A DNA stretch of 54,673 nucleotides, taken from IMG/VR virus record IMGVR_UViG_3300042860_002166, positions 1 through 54,673 of that record. The stretch is one strand, 5' to 3'. Position numbers and translations under genes: made by a program. Source of the DNA: a virus. Its lineage: Duplodnaviria > Caudoviricetes. Below the pieces are notes generated by a model. The model was given only the letters and a program-made list of their open reading frames with translations. It was not told the origin of the DNA and searched no databases. Of the stretch, positions 7,990-15,950 are shown piece by piece (position 1 is the stretch's first letter; every line of letters begins with the position of its first letter).

Positions 7990-9530
7990 CGCAACCATTT
8001 CCCGATCAAGTCGATGAGTTCGAGCCGTTGTATCGGACGCCTTGGCCCACCAAAGAGGAATTGCTTTTGGTATCTGCCGAGCGATCCAAATCCGGCTCAG
8101 GCTGTGGCGCGAACGCTGAGGGTGGCGGAGGCTTTCAGCCCGGCAACACTTGCGGGCGCGAAGATGGCGCGGAGAGTGGGGGAGAGGGTTCAGCCTCCAA
8201 GCAAAAGCTAACAAACAAATGGAACCAGCTCTCTGCCGAGTTAATGAACGCTTCCGGCATGTCGTTTGATGAGGTTCTTGATAAGGTAATGTCCGTCAAA
8301 GGTGGAACCAAGGCAGAGATCGACTGGATGCAGTCAGAGGTTGACAAGCTGAGATCTGGTTCGTTCACTGAGGCCAGAAAAAAGGTTCGCGCCGAACTCG
8401 AAAAGATTCGGGAGGATGTTGTTTCGGTGTGGAGCGTAGAGGAAGAAAAGATCAAGGCAGCAAACAAAGCCGCTACAGAGGCCGATAATAAATGGAAGGA
8501 TTTATCTAAGCAGCACGGGCTGGCGTTCTTGGAGCTGCACTTGGAGAAAGAGAAGTTAAGCAAAAGCGTCAGTCCAGAAGGCGAGCGAAAAGTAGCCGAG
8601 TTGACTGAGCAGGTCGATAAACTTGATGGCCTGCAAAAAGAGTCTTCGCGGAATTTAATAAAATCACTGGACGAAAAAAAGGCTGTTGAAGATGCGGCTC
8701 GGCTAGCCGTTGCCAAGGTGCTTGCCAATGACGCCGAATCAATCTCGAAAACTGCTTATGATGTTCCATTGCAAGAGCTGAGGGATCGACACCTCGACAA
8801 GGTTAAGTCCGGGATGTTTACCGACAGATCGACGGAACGTGCGCAAGAGTTGGCTGAGCAAGGTTCGCAGAAAAAGCCTCGCGTCGAGTCTCAGGAGTTT
8901 CTTGCCTTAGCGGCGAATATAGCCATCCATGAAAACGCTTTAAGGGCTACTGTGGAATATGGTGATATCGACAGGGCTCACGCAGTCCCAGAGATTGACA
9001 AGTTCAAGTATTTTGCTTTGACTGACTCAGGAGCCTCAAAGGAAGAAGCAAGGGCCGAGTCTATTGGGACCGGCAAGGTTGCTCTGTCATACGGTGAAGA
9101 TGTGCCAACTTACCTCCATGAGTACGCCCACCAGATAGAGTTTAACTCCAGAGAAGCTAGGGAGACTGCGCGTGACTTTTTGATGGAAAGGGTTTCTGGG
9201 GATAGGTTTGAAACGCTATCGACTGTTTTCGATAACGCTGGCTATGGTCCTGAAGAGCGCGGCGCGGATGATAATTTCGCAGCCGCATTTAAGGCGGTCG
9301 GATACAATAAAACAGACGGCAGCTATAGCGACCCAGCGCGGAGGGCTTACTACGCTGGCAAGTATTACAAGGACGGATTTACAGAGACGCTTTCGATGGG
9401 GATTGAGCTGTTCCACAAGAACCCTGCGGAGTTTGCCCACGCTGACCCTGAGTGGTTTGATTTGGTAACTGGAGTTCTGACTGGGCGACTGCTCCCGAAA
9501 ACTCAAGAGAGGATTAAGGCGCGAAAATGA
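7986..9530 (+). CDS. repeat-tagged coiled-coil plus zincin metallopeptidase protein (module G)
   Basis: ATGA overlap with the portal stop. Carries repeat 6, a long coiled coil, YLHEYAHQIE and TETLSMGIE. Confidence 0.8.
   Translation: MTQPFPDQVDEFEPLYRTPWPTKEELLLVSAERSKSGSGCGANAEGGGGFQPGNTCGREDGAESGGEGSASKQKLTNKWNQLSAELMNASGMSFDEVLDKVMSVKGGTKAEIDWMQSEVDKLRSGSFTEARKKVRAELEKIREDVVSVWSVEEEKIKAANKAATEADNKWKDLSKQHGLAFLELHLEKEKLSKSVSPEGERKVAELTEQVDKLDGLQKESSRNLIKSLDEKKAVEDAARLAVAKVLANDAESISKTAYDVPLQELRDRHLDKVKSGMFTDRSTERAQELAEQGSQKKPRVESQEFLALAANIAIHENALRATVEYGDIDRAHAVPEIDKFKYFALTDSGASKEEARAESIGTGKVALSYGEDVPTYLHEYAHQIEFNSREARETARDFLMERVSGDRFETLSTVFDNAGYGPEERGADDNFAAAFKAVGYNKTDGSYSDPARRAYYAGKYYKDGFTETLSMGIELFHKNPAEFAHADPEWFDLVTGVLTGRLLPKTQERIKARK
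8088..8156 (+). repeat. peptide repeat 6 (KSGSGCGANAEGGGGFQPGNTCG)
   Basis: Translated in frame, in a separate gene. Confidence 0.95.
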
Positions 9531-9775
9531 AAGCCGTAGTTAAATACAAAAAAATGAGGTTCACGGTCACAACTAAAGGCGGTCTCAAGGTTACAGGCCC
9601 AAAGGGGTTTGATACCGCGCCTCTGGTTGAATACCTCCAGACGGCTTACCAGATGGACTACAGCCCGGCGCTAGGATTCCCGGTTGGGTTCTACGCGGAA
9701 CGGTTAGCCGCGCTCCTAGATGGCGAGGTGGCTAGTGTTGAATTAGGAGAGGAACCGGAAGGGATGATATACTAG
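9527..9775 (+). CDS. small hypothetical protein (candidate partner or immunity protein of module G)
   Basis: 82 aa, ATGA-coupled to the upstream peptidase gene. Confidence 0.6.
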   Translation: MKAVVKYKKMRFTVTTKGGLKVTGPKGFDTAPLVEYLQTAYQMDYSPALGFPVGFYAERLAALLDGEVASVELGEEPEGMIY

Positions 9776-9779
9776 GGCC

Positions 9780-10613
9780 ATGCCAGACGACCCCAACAGA
9801 CTAGACAACGAGGCCAAACTCCAGACGGTGATCATGGCGCTCCTGCTCGACCTTGAGCAAGCGGCGCTCTCCCGGCTCGGGGATAGGCCGATGATGGACG
9901 ACCTGCCGCAGTGGTTCTACGCGCAAGCCAAGCAGATGATTAAGGTCGAGGTGGCGCCTATCCTCAAGGATGTAGCCTTTGACGCGGCAATCCGAACGGG
10001 CGATGAGCTGGGCTGGGACTTGAACGCTATCGGGATCGCCTCAGAGATTAACCGGAGGATTGATAACCAGTCTACGCTCTTGGCTGAGTCGATTCTCACG
10101 AAGCTCCAAAAGCAAGTAGGCGACCGGGTGCGGCAGGTCCGCGCGGGTGAGCTGGCGCTGGGCGCTTATCTGTACATGCTCTGGGGCGAGAAGTTCCCGG
10201 AGTCGGTGAGCATTACCGAGACCACGCGGGCTATCTCAGCGGGTGAGAACGCGACCACGAGAGAGCTGGAGCGAGAGATTGCTCAGCGGCGCCGCGAGGT
10301 GCTAGGTGGTGACGGAGTGGCTGAGGGATATGAGCCGGATGATTCCGAGACGGTAGGCGGGACCAAGCCGGGTGAATCAGCAGCGCCGAAGCCTAGCGAG
10401 ACGGGTACGCCAAGTAGACCACGTAGGCCGATGGCGGATCTCAAGCTGCTCAAGGTGTGGCATACTCAGCGGGATGAAAAGGTCTGCAAGATCTGCGGGC
10501 CACTCGAAGGAAAGAACCAACGATTCTGGGAGGATAAATTCCCTAACGGCCCTCCGGGACACAATAATTGCCGCTGTTTTCTAACCTACCAAGTAATAGG
10601 GACCGGGCTTTGA
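9780..10613 (+). CDS. head morphogenesis protein, MuF / SPP1 gp7 family
   Basis: ITETTRA, KVWHT..DEKVCKICGPL, PPGHNNCRC. Confidence 0.88.
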   Translation: MPDDPNRLDNEAKLQTVIMALLLDLEQAALSRLGDRPMMDDLPQWFYAQAKQMIKVEVAPILKDVAFDAAIRTGDELGWDLNAIGIASEINRRIDNQSTLLAESILTKLQKQVGDRVRQVRAGELALGAYLYMLWGEKFPESVSITETTRAISAGENATTRELEREIAQRRREVLGGDGVAEGYEPDDSETVGGTKPGESAAPKPSETGTPSRPRRPMADLKLLKVWHTQRDEKVCKICGPLEGKNQRFWEDKFPNGPPGHNNCRCFLTYQVIGTGL

Positions 10614-10789
10614 GCTGGACTCCTGAGCGGCGCAAGGCTGCGAGCGAACGCGCGAAAACCCACCGACCTTGGGAGCAGCGTAAACCTCCGGCCAAATGTG
10701 GAAAGTGTGGCGGTAGGTCTATCGTGCGCCGTAGTGGTCTGGTGGGTTATCGCTACTGCGAGGACTGCGGCAAGGGAGAGAAGACTTAG
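10610..10789 (+). CDS. small zinc-ribbon protein
   Basis: TTG start overlaps the MuF stop. CGKC...CEDC. Confidence 0.55.
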   Translation: MSWTPERRKAASERAKTHRPWEQRKPPAKCGKCGGRSIVRRSGLVGYRYCEDCGKGEKT

Positions 10790-10974
10790 CTCCGGGCCAG
10801 TTCCGCAACTTCGATTCGCAGGCTGTAGGCGAGTTCCTCTATCGTGGACTCGCGGGCCTGAATCATCTTTATCTCGCCAGCCGGTATCTCGAAGATTAGC
10901 TCGGCGTAGTACCAGTGGTAGCATCTCCAGAGGCGGAGTTCGCCGTATTCGAGTAGGTCTTGTAGTTCGTTCAT
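10786..10974 (-). CDS. hypothetical protein
   Basis: ATGA-coupled to 10971..11216, with GGAG-like SD. Confidence 0.6.
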   Translation of the reverse strand: MNELQDLLEYGELRLWRCYHWYYAELIFEIPAGEIKMIQARESTIEELAYSLRIEVAELARS

Positions 10975-11216
10975 GTGGAGCCTTGTTCCTTTTTTCTTGC
11001 AAGTCGTCGCCGGTGTTTGTTGTCCATTTGCTCTACTAGCCTGCCGTGAGCCTGAAAGGTCGCGACCATCTGGCTAGTAGTGGAGCCGGATATCCGCGAG
11101 GCTCTAACATCGTCGCTCCACCCTGCCCTAATCTGTTCGAGCGCCTCCATTGCTTCAGGGGAAAGCTCTAAGCCGATTCCTTTTGGTGGGTGTTGCTGTA
11201 GCGTGAGAAATTCCAT
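10971..11216 (-). CDS. hypothetical protein
   Basis: GAGG SD and ATG start. Confidence 0.6.
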   Translation of the reverse strand: MEFLTLQQHPPKGIGLELSPEAMEALEQIRAGWSDDVRASRISGSTTSQMVATFQAHGRLVEQMDNKHRRRLARKKEQGST

Positions 11217-11375
11217 TTGATTCGCCTCAGTTGGTTGGTGAAAAGAAAAAGCCCTTTAACGCGGGGCCAGCGGCTAGTTCGGCGTCCTTTTGTTTATGAG
11301 GAGTCAGGACGGTTTGCCAGCTTGCGAGGGTTACGCGCCACCACTCGCTAGGCGCTATGAAGTCTCGATATCCTA

Positions 11376-11705
11376 TTAGAAGGGGTAAGCGGTATCTTCC
11401 TGCTTGCGAGCGCGAGTCTCTCCCGCATCGACGGCCTCCAGCATGGCGCGGGCCTGCTCGACCTGAGCCATCATCTGGGCCAGTTGCATGACCTCGTTGA
11501 GAAGCTCGGTGGGCCTGCGGTTGTGCGGTAGGCCGTAGTTCTCGATCTCAGCGATGGAGCGCTCGGCTAGGTCGCGGATACCTTCGAGGTTAAACTTGAG
11601 CCGGAATCCGAGTAGGCTCTTGAGGGCCTCCTCAGCTTCCTTCTCAATCTGCTCAGCGGTCTTGATCTCGCGGGTCCGTTCGTAGAGTCCTTTGGGGTAG
11701 TTCAT
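11376..11705 (-). CDS. hypothetical helical protein (MNYPKG...)
   Basis: GGAG SD. TAATG coupling with the upstream ORF. Confidence 0.65.
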   Translation of the reverse strand: MNYPKGLYERTREIKTAEQIEKEAEEALKSLLGFRLKFNLEGIRDLAERSIAEIENYGLPHNRRPTELLNEVMQLAQMMAQVEQARAMLEAVDAGETRARKQEDTAYPF

Positions 11706-11965
11706 TAGTGTTTCTCCGGGGTTGTGGTAATTGACTCGTAGACTTGCCGACCGTGATAGGGGTTGTGATTTACTAGCTTCCACTCCCAGCCATCGGGCGG
11801 CATTTGGCCGGGTAGTGTTGCGCAGTAGTAACTTGAATCAAAAGCAAAAACGTGAATCCTGACGTAGCGGGTAGGTTGGTAGCGGTGTTCTCTAATGCTT
11901 TCGACATCCGACCAGACTGACCACGCAATAGCTTCGGCGGCTGACTTTGTGCGTTTGGCTGTCAT
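11705..11965 (-). CDS. hypothetical protein (MTAKRTK...)
   Basis: AGGA SD and tight packing. Confidence 0.6.
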   Translation of the reverse strand: MTAKRTKSAAEAIAWSVWSDVESIREHRYQPTRYVRIHVFAFDSSYYCATLPGQMPPDGWEWKLVNHNPYHGRQVYESITTTPEKH

Positions 11966-11976
11966 TTGCGGGCATC

Positions 11977-12273
11977 CTAAGCGTAGGCGGTGAAGCTCTG
12001 AGGTGTGCCGTCCCAAAGGCGGGCGCTCTCGTAGCTTTCGATAGTGACCCACTCGCCACGTAGCGAGCGGCGGAATTGCTTGCCGGTGGCAGTCTCACCG
12101 GGGATAACCTTACCCCGCATGTTGCCATCTTCCGTGATGATGGTGGAGAGCTTCTCAAGGGTCACGGTCTTGGCGGTCTTGCGAACCACGCGGTAGAAAC
12201 AGACGTTGGTTTGTTCGTAGCCCCACTGGCTGGTAAAGATGGTTCCGACTTCGATGGTGGCTTGGTCGTTCAT
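11977..12273 (-). CDS. conserved mobile-element hypothetical protein (WGY-E/D-QTN-x-x-FY family)
   Basis: IFTSQWGYEQTNVCFYRVV motif seen in phage/plasmid accessory genes. GGAG SD. Confidence 0.7.
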   Translation of the reverse strand: MNDQATIEVGTIFTSQWGYEQTNVCFYRVVRKTAKTVTLEKLSTIITEDGNMRGKVIPGETATGKQFRRSLRGEWVTIESYESARLWDGTPQSFTAYA

Positions 12274-12286
12274 TTGGGTTCTCCGG

Positions 12287-12478
12287 TTAGTTGCTGAGAT
12301 ATGACTGCTTAAAATTGTTTCTGATTACCGACTCTGCCCGCTCGACCATTTGGAGCAGTTCGGAAACTGACCACTCAACAGCGGTGACAGTTTTGTAGTG
12401 GGCTACGCATGGCTCGCATTTTGCAAGGCTTCGCAATCGCCTTACGAGTTTCTTGCGGTTTTCCATTGTGTCATCCAT
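12287..12478 (-). CDS. hypothetical protein
   Basis: Fits between neighbours, downstream of a repeated promoter-like element. Confidence 0.5.
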   Translation of the reverse strand: MDDTMENRKKLVRRLRSLAKCEPCVAHYKTVTAVEWSVSELLQMVERAESVIRNNFKQSYLSN

Positions 12479-12514
12479 CTGCCAGTATCCGGTTAGTGGT
12501 GAGTTGGTTACAGA

Positions 12515-12565
12515 GGGTTATTCGCTAGTCTCGATATCCTATTGGCAGGATTCAGAAAAATTCTC
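12515..12565 (-). promoter_or_regulatory. repeated promoter-like element (T-tract...AATAGG...GCGAATA on the minus strand)
   Basis: Similar to elements at 12855-12902, 13254-13300 and 35189-35235. Each lies upstream of a small minus-strand gene. Confidence 0.55.
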
Positions 12566-12814
12566 GATTAGTTTCTTGAGCTGCCTGATTTGCTTGCGGG
12601 CTGACTGGCGCTCCTCTGCTTCGTCAGAGTCGAGCATCTCGCTCTGGCAGGTTCCGCCCTCTAGGAACAGGCTGAGAACGTGGCGGGCCTCGCTGACAAG
12701 CTGGGAATCCTCCATAGCCTCTAGTTTGATTCCGTCATCATGGCAGACGTTTTCAAGGGTGTTCGATAGCTCGGTGATGCGGTTGGCGGCGAGGATTAGT
12801 TTCGGGGTAGCCAT
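12539..12814 (-). CDS. hypothetical protein (MATPKL...)
   Basis: AGGAG SD. Confidence 0.65.
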   Translation of the reverse strand: MATPKLILAANRITELSNTLENVCHDDGIKLEAMEDSQLVSEARHVLSLFLEGGTCQSEMLDSDEAEERQSARKQIRQLKKLIENFSESCQ

Positions 12815-12854
12815 TTCATTTTCTCCTAGTTGGTAAACTGAACAGGTAACAAGA

Positions 12855-12902
12855 GAGTATTCGCTAAGCACGTTAGCCTATTGGAAAGATTCCAAAAAAT
12901 TC
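12855..12902 (-). promoter_or_regulatory. repeated promoter-like element
   Basis: gagtattcgcta...cctattgg..gatt..aaaaattc aligns with 12515-12565. Confidence 0.55.
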
Positions 12903-12908
12903 TTGGTT

Positions 12909-12960
12909 GCCTCGTCAGTGACCGGGAACCGCCCGGCCAGACCCCCGCAGGGGTTTCGGC
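12909..12960 (-). ncRNA. hammerhead ribozyme, type II
   Basis: Minus strand reads GCC GAAA CCCC-ugcg-GGGG UC UGGCCGGG-cgguu-CCCGGUCA CUGACGA GGC. The core is complete, with three stems and a GUC cleavage triplet. The 3' AACC can pair with loop GGUU. Confidence 0.92.
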
Positions 12961-13206
12961 TTACTCCGCGATATTTAAGACTCGCTCTTGTCCGAGGTCG
13001 AGCTTGAATCGCAGGGATACCCGGTATTCATTCTCGTAGGTCGGGACTCCCGGCTTGTATGGCTGAAGTACAGACTTCGGAAAGTAGCACTCGTAACCGT
13101 TATCAATGTTCTGGACTTTTACGGCCCGCTGGGTTTCGCCTACAACCTTCACGATAGCAGCATCAAAAGCCCGCTCGTGAATAACCAGTGTTTGCCCGAT
13201 AGTCAT
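12961..13206 (-). CDS. hypothetical protein (MTIGQTL...)
   Basis: GGAG SD. The stop codon abuts the ribozyme. Confidence 0.65.
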   Translation of the reverse strand: MTIGQTLVIHERAFDAAIVKVVGETQRAVKVQNIDNGYECYFPKSVLQPYKPGVPTYENEYRVSLRFKLDLGQERVLNIAE

Positions 13207-13253
13207 TTTTGATTCTCCGTTAGTGGTCTCAACTCGTCCCATTGTATGAGTGA

Positions 13254-13286
13254 GTATTCGCGTCCTGCAATAGGATATCGGAAGTA
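13254..13286. repeat. dispersed repeat GTATTCGC-N5-GCAATAGGATATCGGAAGTA, copy 1
   Basis: Identical, apart from N5, to 35189-35221. Confidence 0.9.
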
Positions 13287-13312
13287 AATTGACAGAAAAT
13301 TCAGGCTTTTCC

Positions 13313-13337
13313 TAAGTCCTTGAGCCACTAGGACTTA
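13313..13337. promoter_or_regulatory. palindrome TAAGTCCT-N9-AGGACTTA (protein-binding or recombination-like site)
   Basis: Perfect 8-bp inverted repeat in a divergent intergenic region. Confidence 0.45.
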
Positions 13338-13403
13338 CGGCGGGCTAATCAATGTTAGAAACGGTATTTGCCGCATTTCCAGTAAATAGGATATCCTGCC
13401 ACC

Positions 13404-14633
13404 ATGAGAAAACGTCTCGGAACGATCTACAAATTCGCCGGTTCCCCTGCATTAGCTGGGGCCGGTCGCATTACGAACGTAGACACCGCGCGAAGGACAG
13501 CCTCGGCGGTTATCTCGACTCCTGCGCCGGATCGGGTGCGCGACTCGCTCAATCCGCTGGGCTGCTCACTAGATGAGTACCAGACTAACCCGGTGGTATT
13601 TTGGGAACACGGCAAGGTATTAACCAAGCCAATCGGCACGAGCCAAGACCCCAACACCGGCAGGCTCTCGGTTCAAAAGACACAATCCAACGTAGTCGCT
13701 ACTTGCTGGTTTACGGATAAGTTTCTCGAAGCTGAGCAGATTTTCGAGCTGGTAGCCGAGGGGACGGTTCGGGCTACATCGGTTCGCTTTACGCCGGTGA
13801 CTCAGCCGGTGGTCAGAAAGTCAGATACCTACTTTGAGGAATGGATGCTCCTCGAATGGAGCTGGGTTGGTATCGGGTGCAATCCCGAGGCCATCGCGGC
13901 AACGGTTGCCAAGGGGCAGCTCGCGGGACGGCAGATTGTGCCGAGTATCGCGAAGAGTTTGGAACTGTATTTACCTAATCGCAAGATTCAAGTACCGGGG
14001 TTCAAGGCAATGGAATACGAAGAGATGGAAGACGAAATGCCTCAAGATGAAGGCATGACCACAGAGGACGCCCCGAAAGAGGAAGAGGACCGAGCCGAAG
14101 AGATGCCAGCCAAGGGCTACGGCGCTCAGCTTATGGAAGCGGCCTATAAGGCTGTCTCTGAGCTATACGGCAATATGGAACAAGGGATGGGGCCGCTGGA
14201 GAATCCAACGGTCAAAGAGGCCATGACGGCGATCATGGAGAACCTCGGACAGATCAAGCTGGCGATGGAAGGCGCTTACTCCGAGAACTACAAGGCGAAG
14301 CTCGGTGAGGTGTGTGAGTCGTGCGGGCAGGAACAGGACGAGGAGGCGATGCTCAAATCGTTTCTCTCTCTTGGCGCTACCCAGCGGTTTGAGTTGATGG
14401 GCGTGGCGGATCGACTGAAGAGCGTTTCTTCGAGTCGCAATCTGACAAAGTTCCAGCGCGACAATCTGCGGGAATCCGCTCGGACTCTGGATCGGCTGTT
14501 CTCTAAGGCGAAAGAACAGCGGACACAGAAGCCGAAGGAGACCCCGGAAGTTGCAAAGCAGCTCTCTGAAATGTTTGGAGAGATGAAGGACTTAATCGGA
14601 ACGCTCAAAAGCGCGGTTCCGGCTCGTAAGTGA
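13404..14633 (+). CDS. prohead maturation protease (HK97/S78 family) with acidic scaffold-like C-terminal extension
   Basis: DRVRD, NPVVFWEHG..PIG, TSVRF, LLEWSWVGIGCNPEA. Directly upstream of the capsid gene. Confidence 0.9.
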   Translation: MRKRLGTIYKFAGSPALAGAGRITNVDTARRTASAVISTPAPDRVRDSLNPLGCSLDEYQTNPVVFWEHGKVLTKPIGTSQDPNTGRLSVQKTQSNVVATCWFTDKFLEAEQIFELVAEGTVRATSVRFTPVTQPVVRKSDTYFEEWMLLEWSWVGIGCNPEAIAATVAKGQLAGRQIVPSIAKSLELYLPNRKIQVPGFKAMEYEEMEDEMPQDEGMTTEDAPKEEEDRAEEMPAKGYGAQLMEAAYKAVSELYGNMEQGMGPLENPTVKEAMTAIMENLGQIKLAMEGAYSENYKAKLGEVCESCGQEQDEEAMLKSFLSLGATQRFELMGVADRLKSVSSSRNLTKFQRDNLRESARTLDRLFSKAKEQRTQKPKETPEVAKQLSEMFGEMKDLIGTLKSAVPARK

Positions 14634-14654
14634 TTTTTCACAAGGGAATAGGAT

Positions 14655-15932
14655 ATGAGTGATATCGATCTGAAAAACAGCATCGACGAAATCCGCAAGG
14701 AGTTTGGTTCCTTGCGTGAAGTGTTCAAGGGTTTGAACCAGCCCGCGCCACGGTATACCGAGGACGCTGAAGGTGGTTCAGTTTCGTACTTCGAGGAATC
14801 GAATGAGTACGTTGCTTTCGACTTGGAGAAGGCTCGCGCTGAGCGGGAAGCCGGTCAGAAGTGCAAGAGCTTGAAACTGCCCAAGGGCTACAAGCACGGA
14901 GTCTTCAAGGGCTTCGGTGACTTCCTCAAGAGCGGTTATCAATCCGGTGGTACTGGCGAATGGCGCTCGAAGGTCAACAACGTCTACGAGAAGGCTATCC
15001 AAGGGATGGGCGTTCAGGTAGGCGAAGACGGCGGGTTCCTCGTGATGCCAGAATTTGCTTCCGGGATTCTGGAGCGAGTCTACAGCAATAACCTGTTTGC
15101 TCAGACGGACAATTACACCGTATCGGGCAACACCATGACCTTTAACCGCAATGCGGAAACCAGCCGGGCCAATGGCTCGCGGCATGGTGGCTTGCGTGGT
15201 TACTGGGGTGCGGAAGGTGGCTCGCTGACCTCCAGCTCTCCGAAGATTCGGCAAACCGTTCTGAACCTGAAGAAACTTCACGTTCTGGTTTACCTGACAC
15301 AAGAGCTGATCGACGACGCCGGTACTGCAATCGAGCAGTACGTTACCCGCAAGGCCGCTGAAGAGTTCAACTTCATGCTAGGTGATGCGGTGTTTAACGG
15401 TACTGGTGTTGGTCAGCCTTTGGGTATCCTGAGCGCTCCTGCTCTGGTCTCGGTTGCCAAGGAAGCCGGGCAAGCGGCGGATACGATTGTTGCCGCGAAT
15501 ATCGACAAGATGTTTGCTCGCAAGATCGCCGGTGGAAACTACTCTTGGTATCACAATCAAGACTGCGGCGCTCAACTCGACAACCTCGCGCAGGATGTTG
15601 GTACGGGCGGCATGGCTCTGTATCGTCCGGCTAACGGAATCGCTGGCGCTGCTCCTCAGACTCTCAAGGGTCTGGGCCGCGCAGAGACCGAGTTCAACTC
15701 GACTCTGGGTGATCAGGGTGACTTGATTCTTGCCGACCTCTCGAAGGTGCTGAGCATCTCCAAGGGTGGCATTTCTCAACAGGCCTCGATGCACGTTGCC
15801 TTCTTGACTGACCAAATGGCTATCAAGTTTACGATGCGCTGCGATGCTCGCCCTTGGGAAGATACACCGCTGACTCCGTACAAGGGCAGCGCGACCCAAT
15901 CGGCATTTGTTACTCTCGACGCTCGCGCCTAA
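14655..15932 (+). CDS. major capsid protein, HK97 fold
   Basis: N-terminal delta-like region, then KAIQGM...GGFLVMPE, ELIDD, GTGVGQPLGIL, FVTL. Confidence 0.95.
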   Translation: MSDIDLKNSIDEIRKEFGSLREVFKGLNQPAPRYTEDAEGGSVSYFEESNEYVAFDLEKARAEREAGQKCKSLKLPKGYKHGVFKGFGDFLKSGYQSGGTGEWRSKVNNVYEKAIQGMGVQVGEDGGFLVMPEFASGILERVYSNNLFAQTDNYTVSGNTMTFNRNAETSRANGSRHGGLRGYWGAEGGSLTSSSPKIRQTVLNLKKLHVLVYLTQELIDDAGTAIEQYVTRKAAEEFNFMLGDAVFNGTGVGQPLGILSAPALVSVAKEAGQAADTIVAANIDKMFARKIAGGNYSWYHNQDCGAQLDNLAQDVGTGGMALYRPANGIAGAAPQTLKGLGRAETEFNSTLGDQGDLILADLSKVLSISKGGISQQASMHVAFLTDQMAIKFTMRCDARPWEDTPLTPYKGSATQSAFVTLDARA

Positions 15933-15950
15933 TTCACGAAAGGAATTAAC

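Noticed and set aside
4141-8156. Tag repeats as a CRISPR array, DGR or DNA-invertase sites
   Set aside because: Spacing is 500-1100 bp, copies are in frame and conserved only as peptide, and no cas or reverse transcriptase gene is seen.
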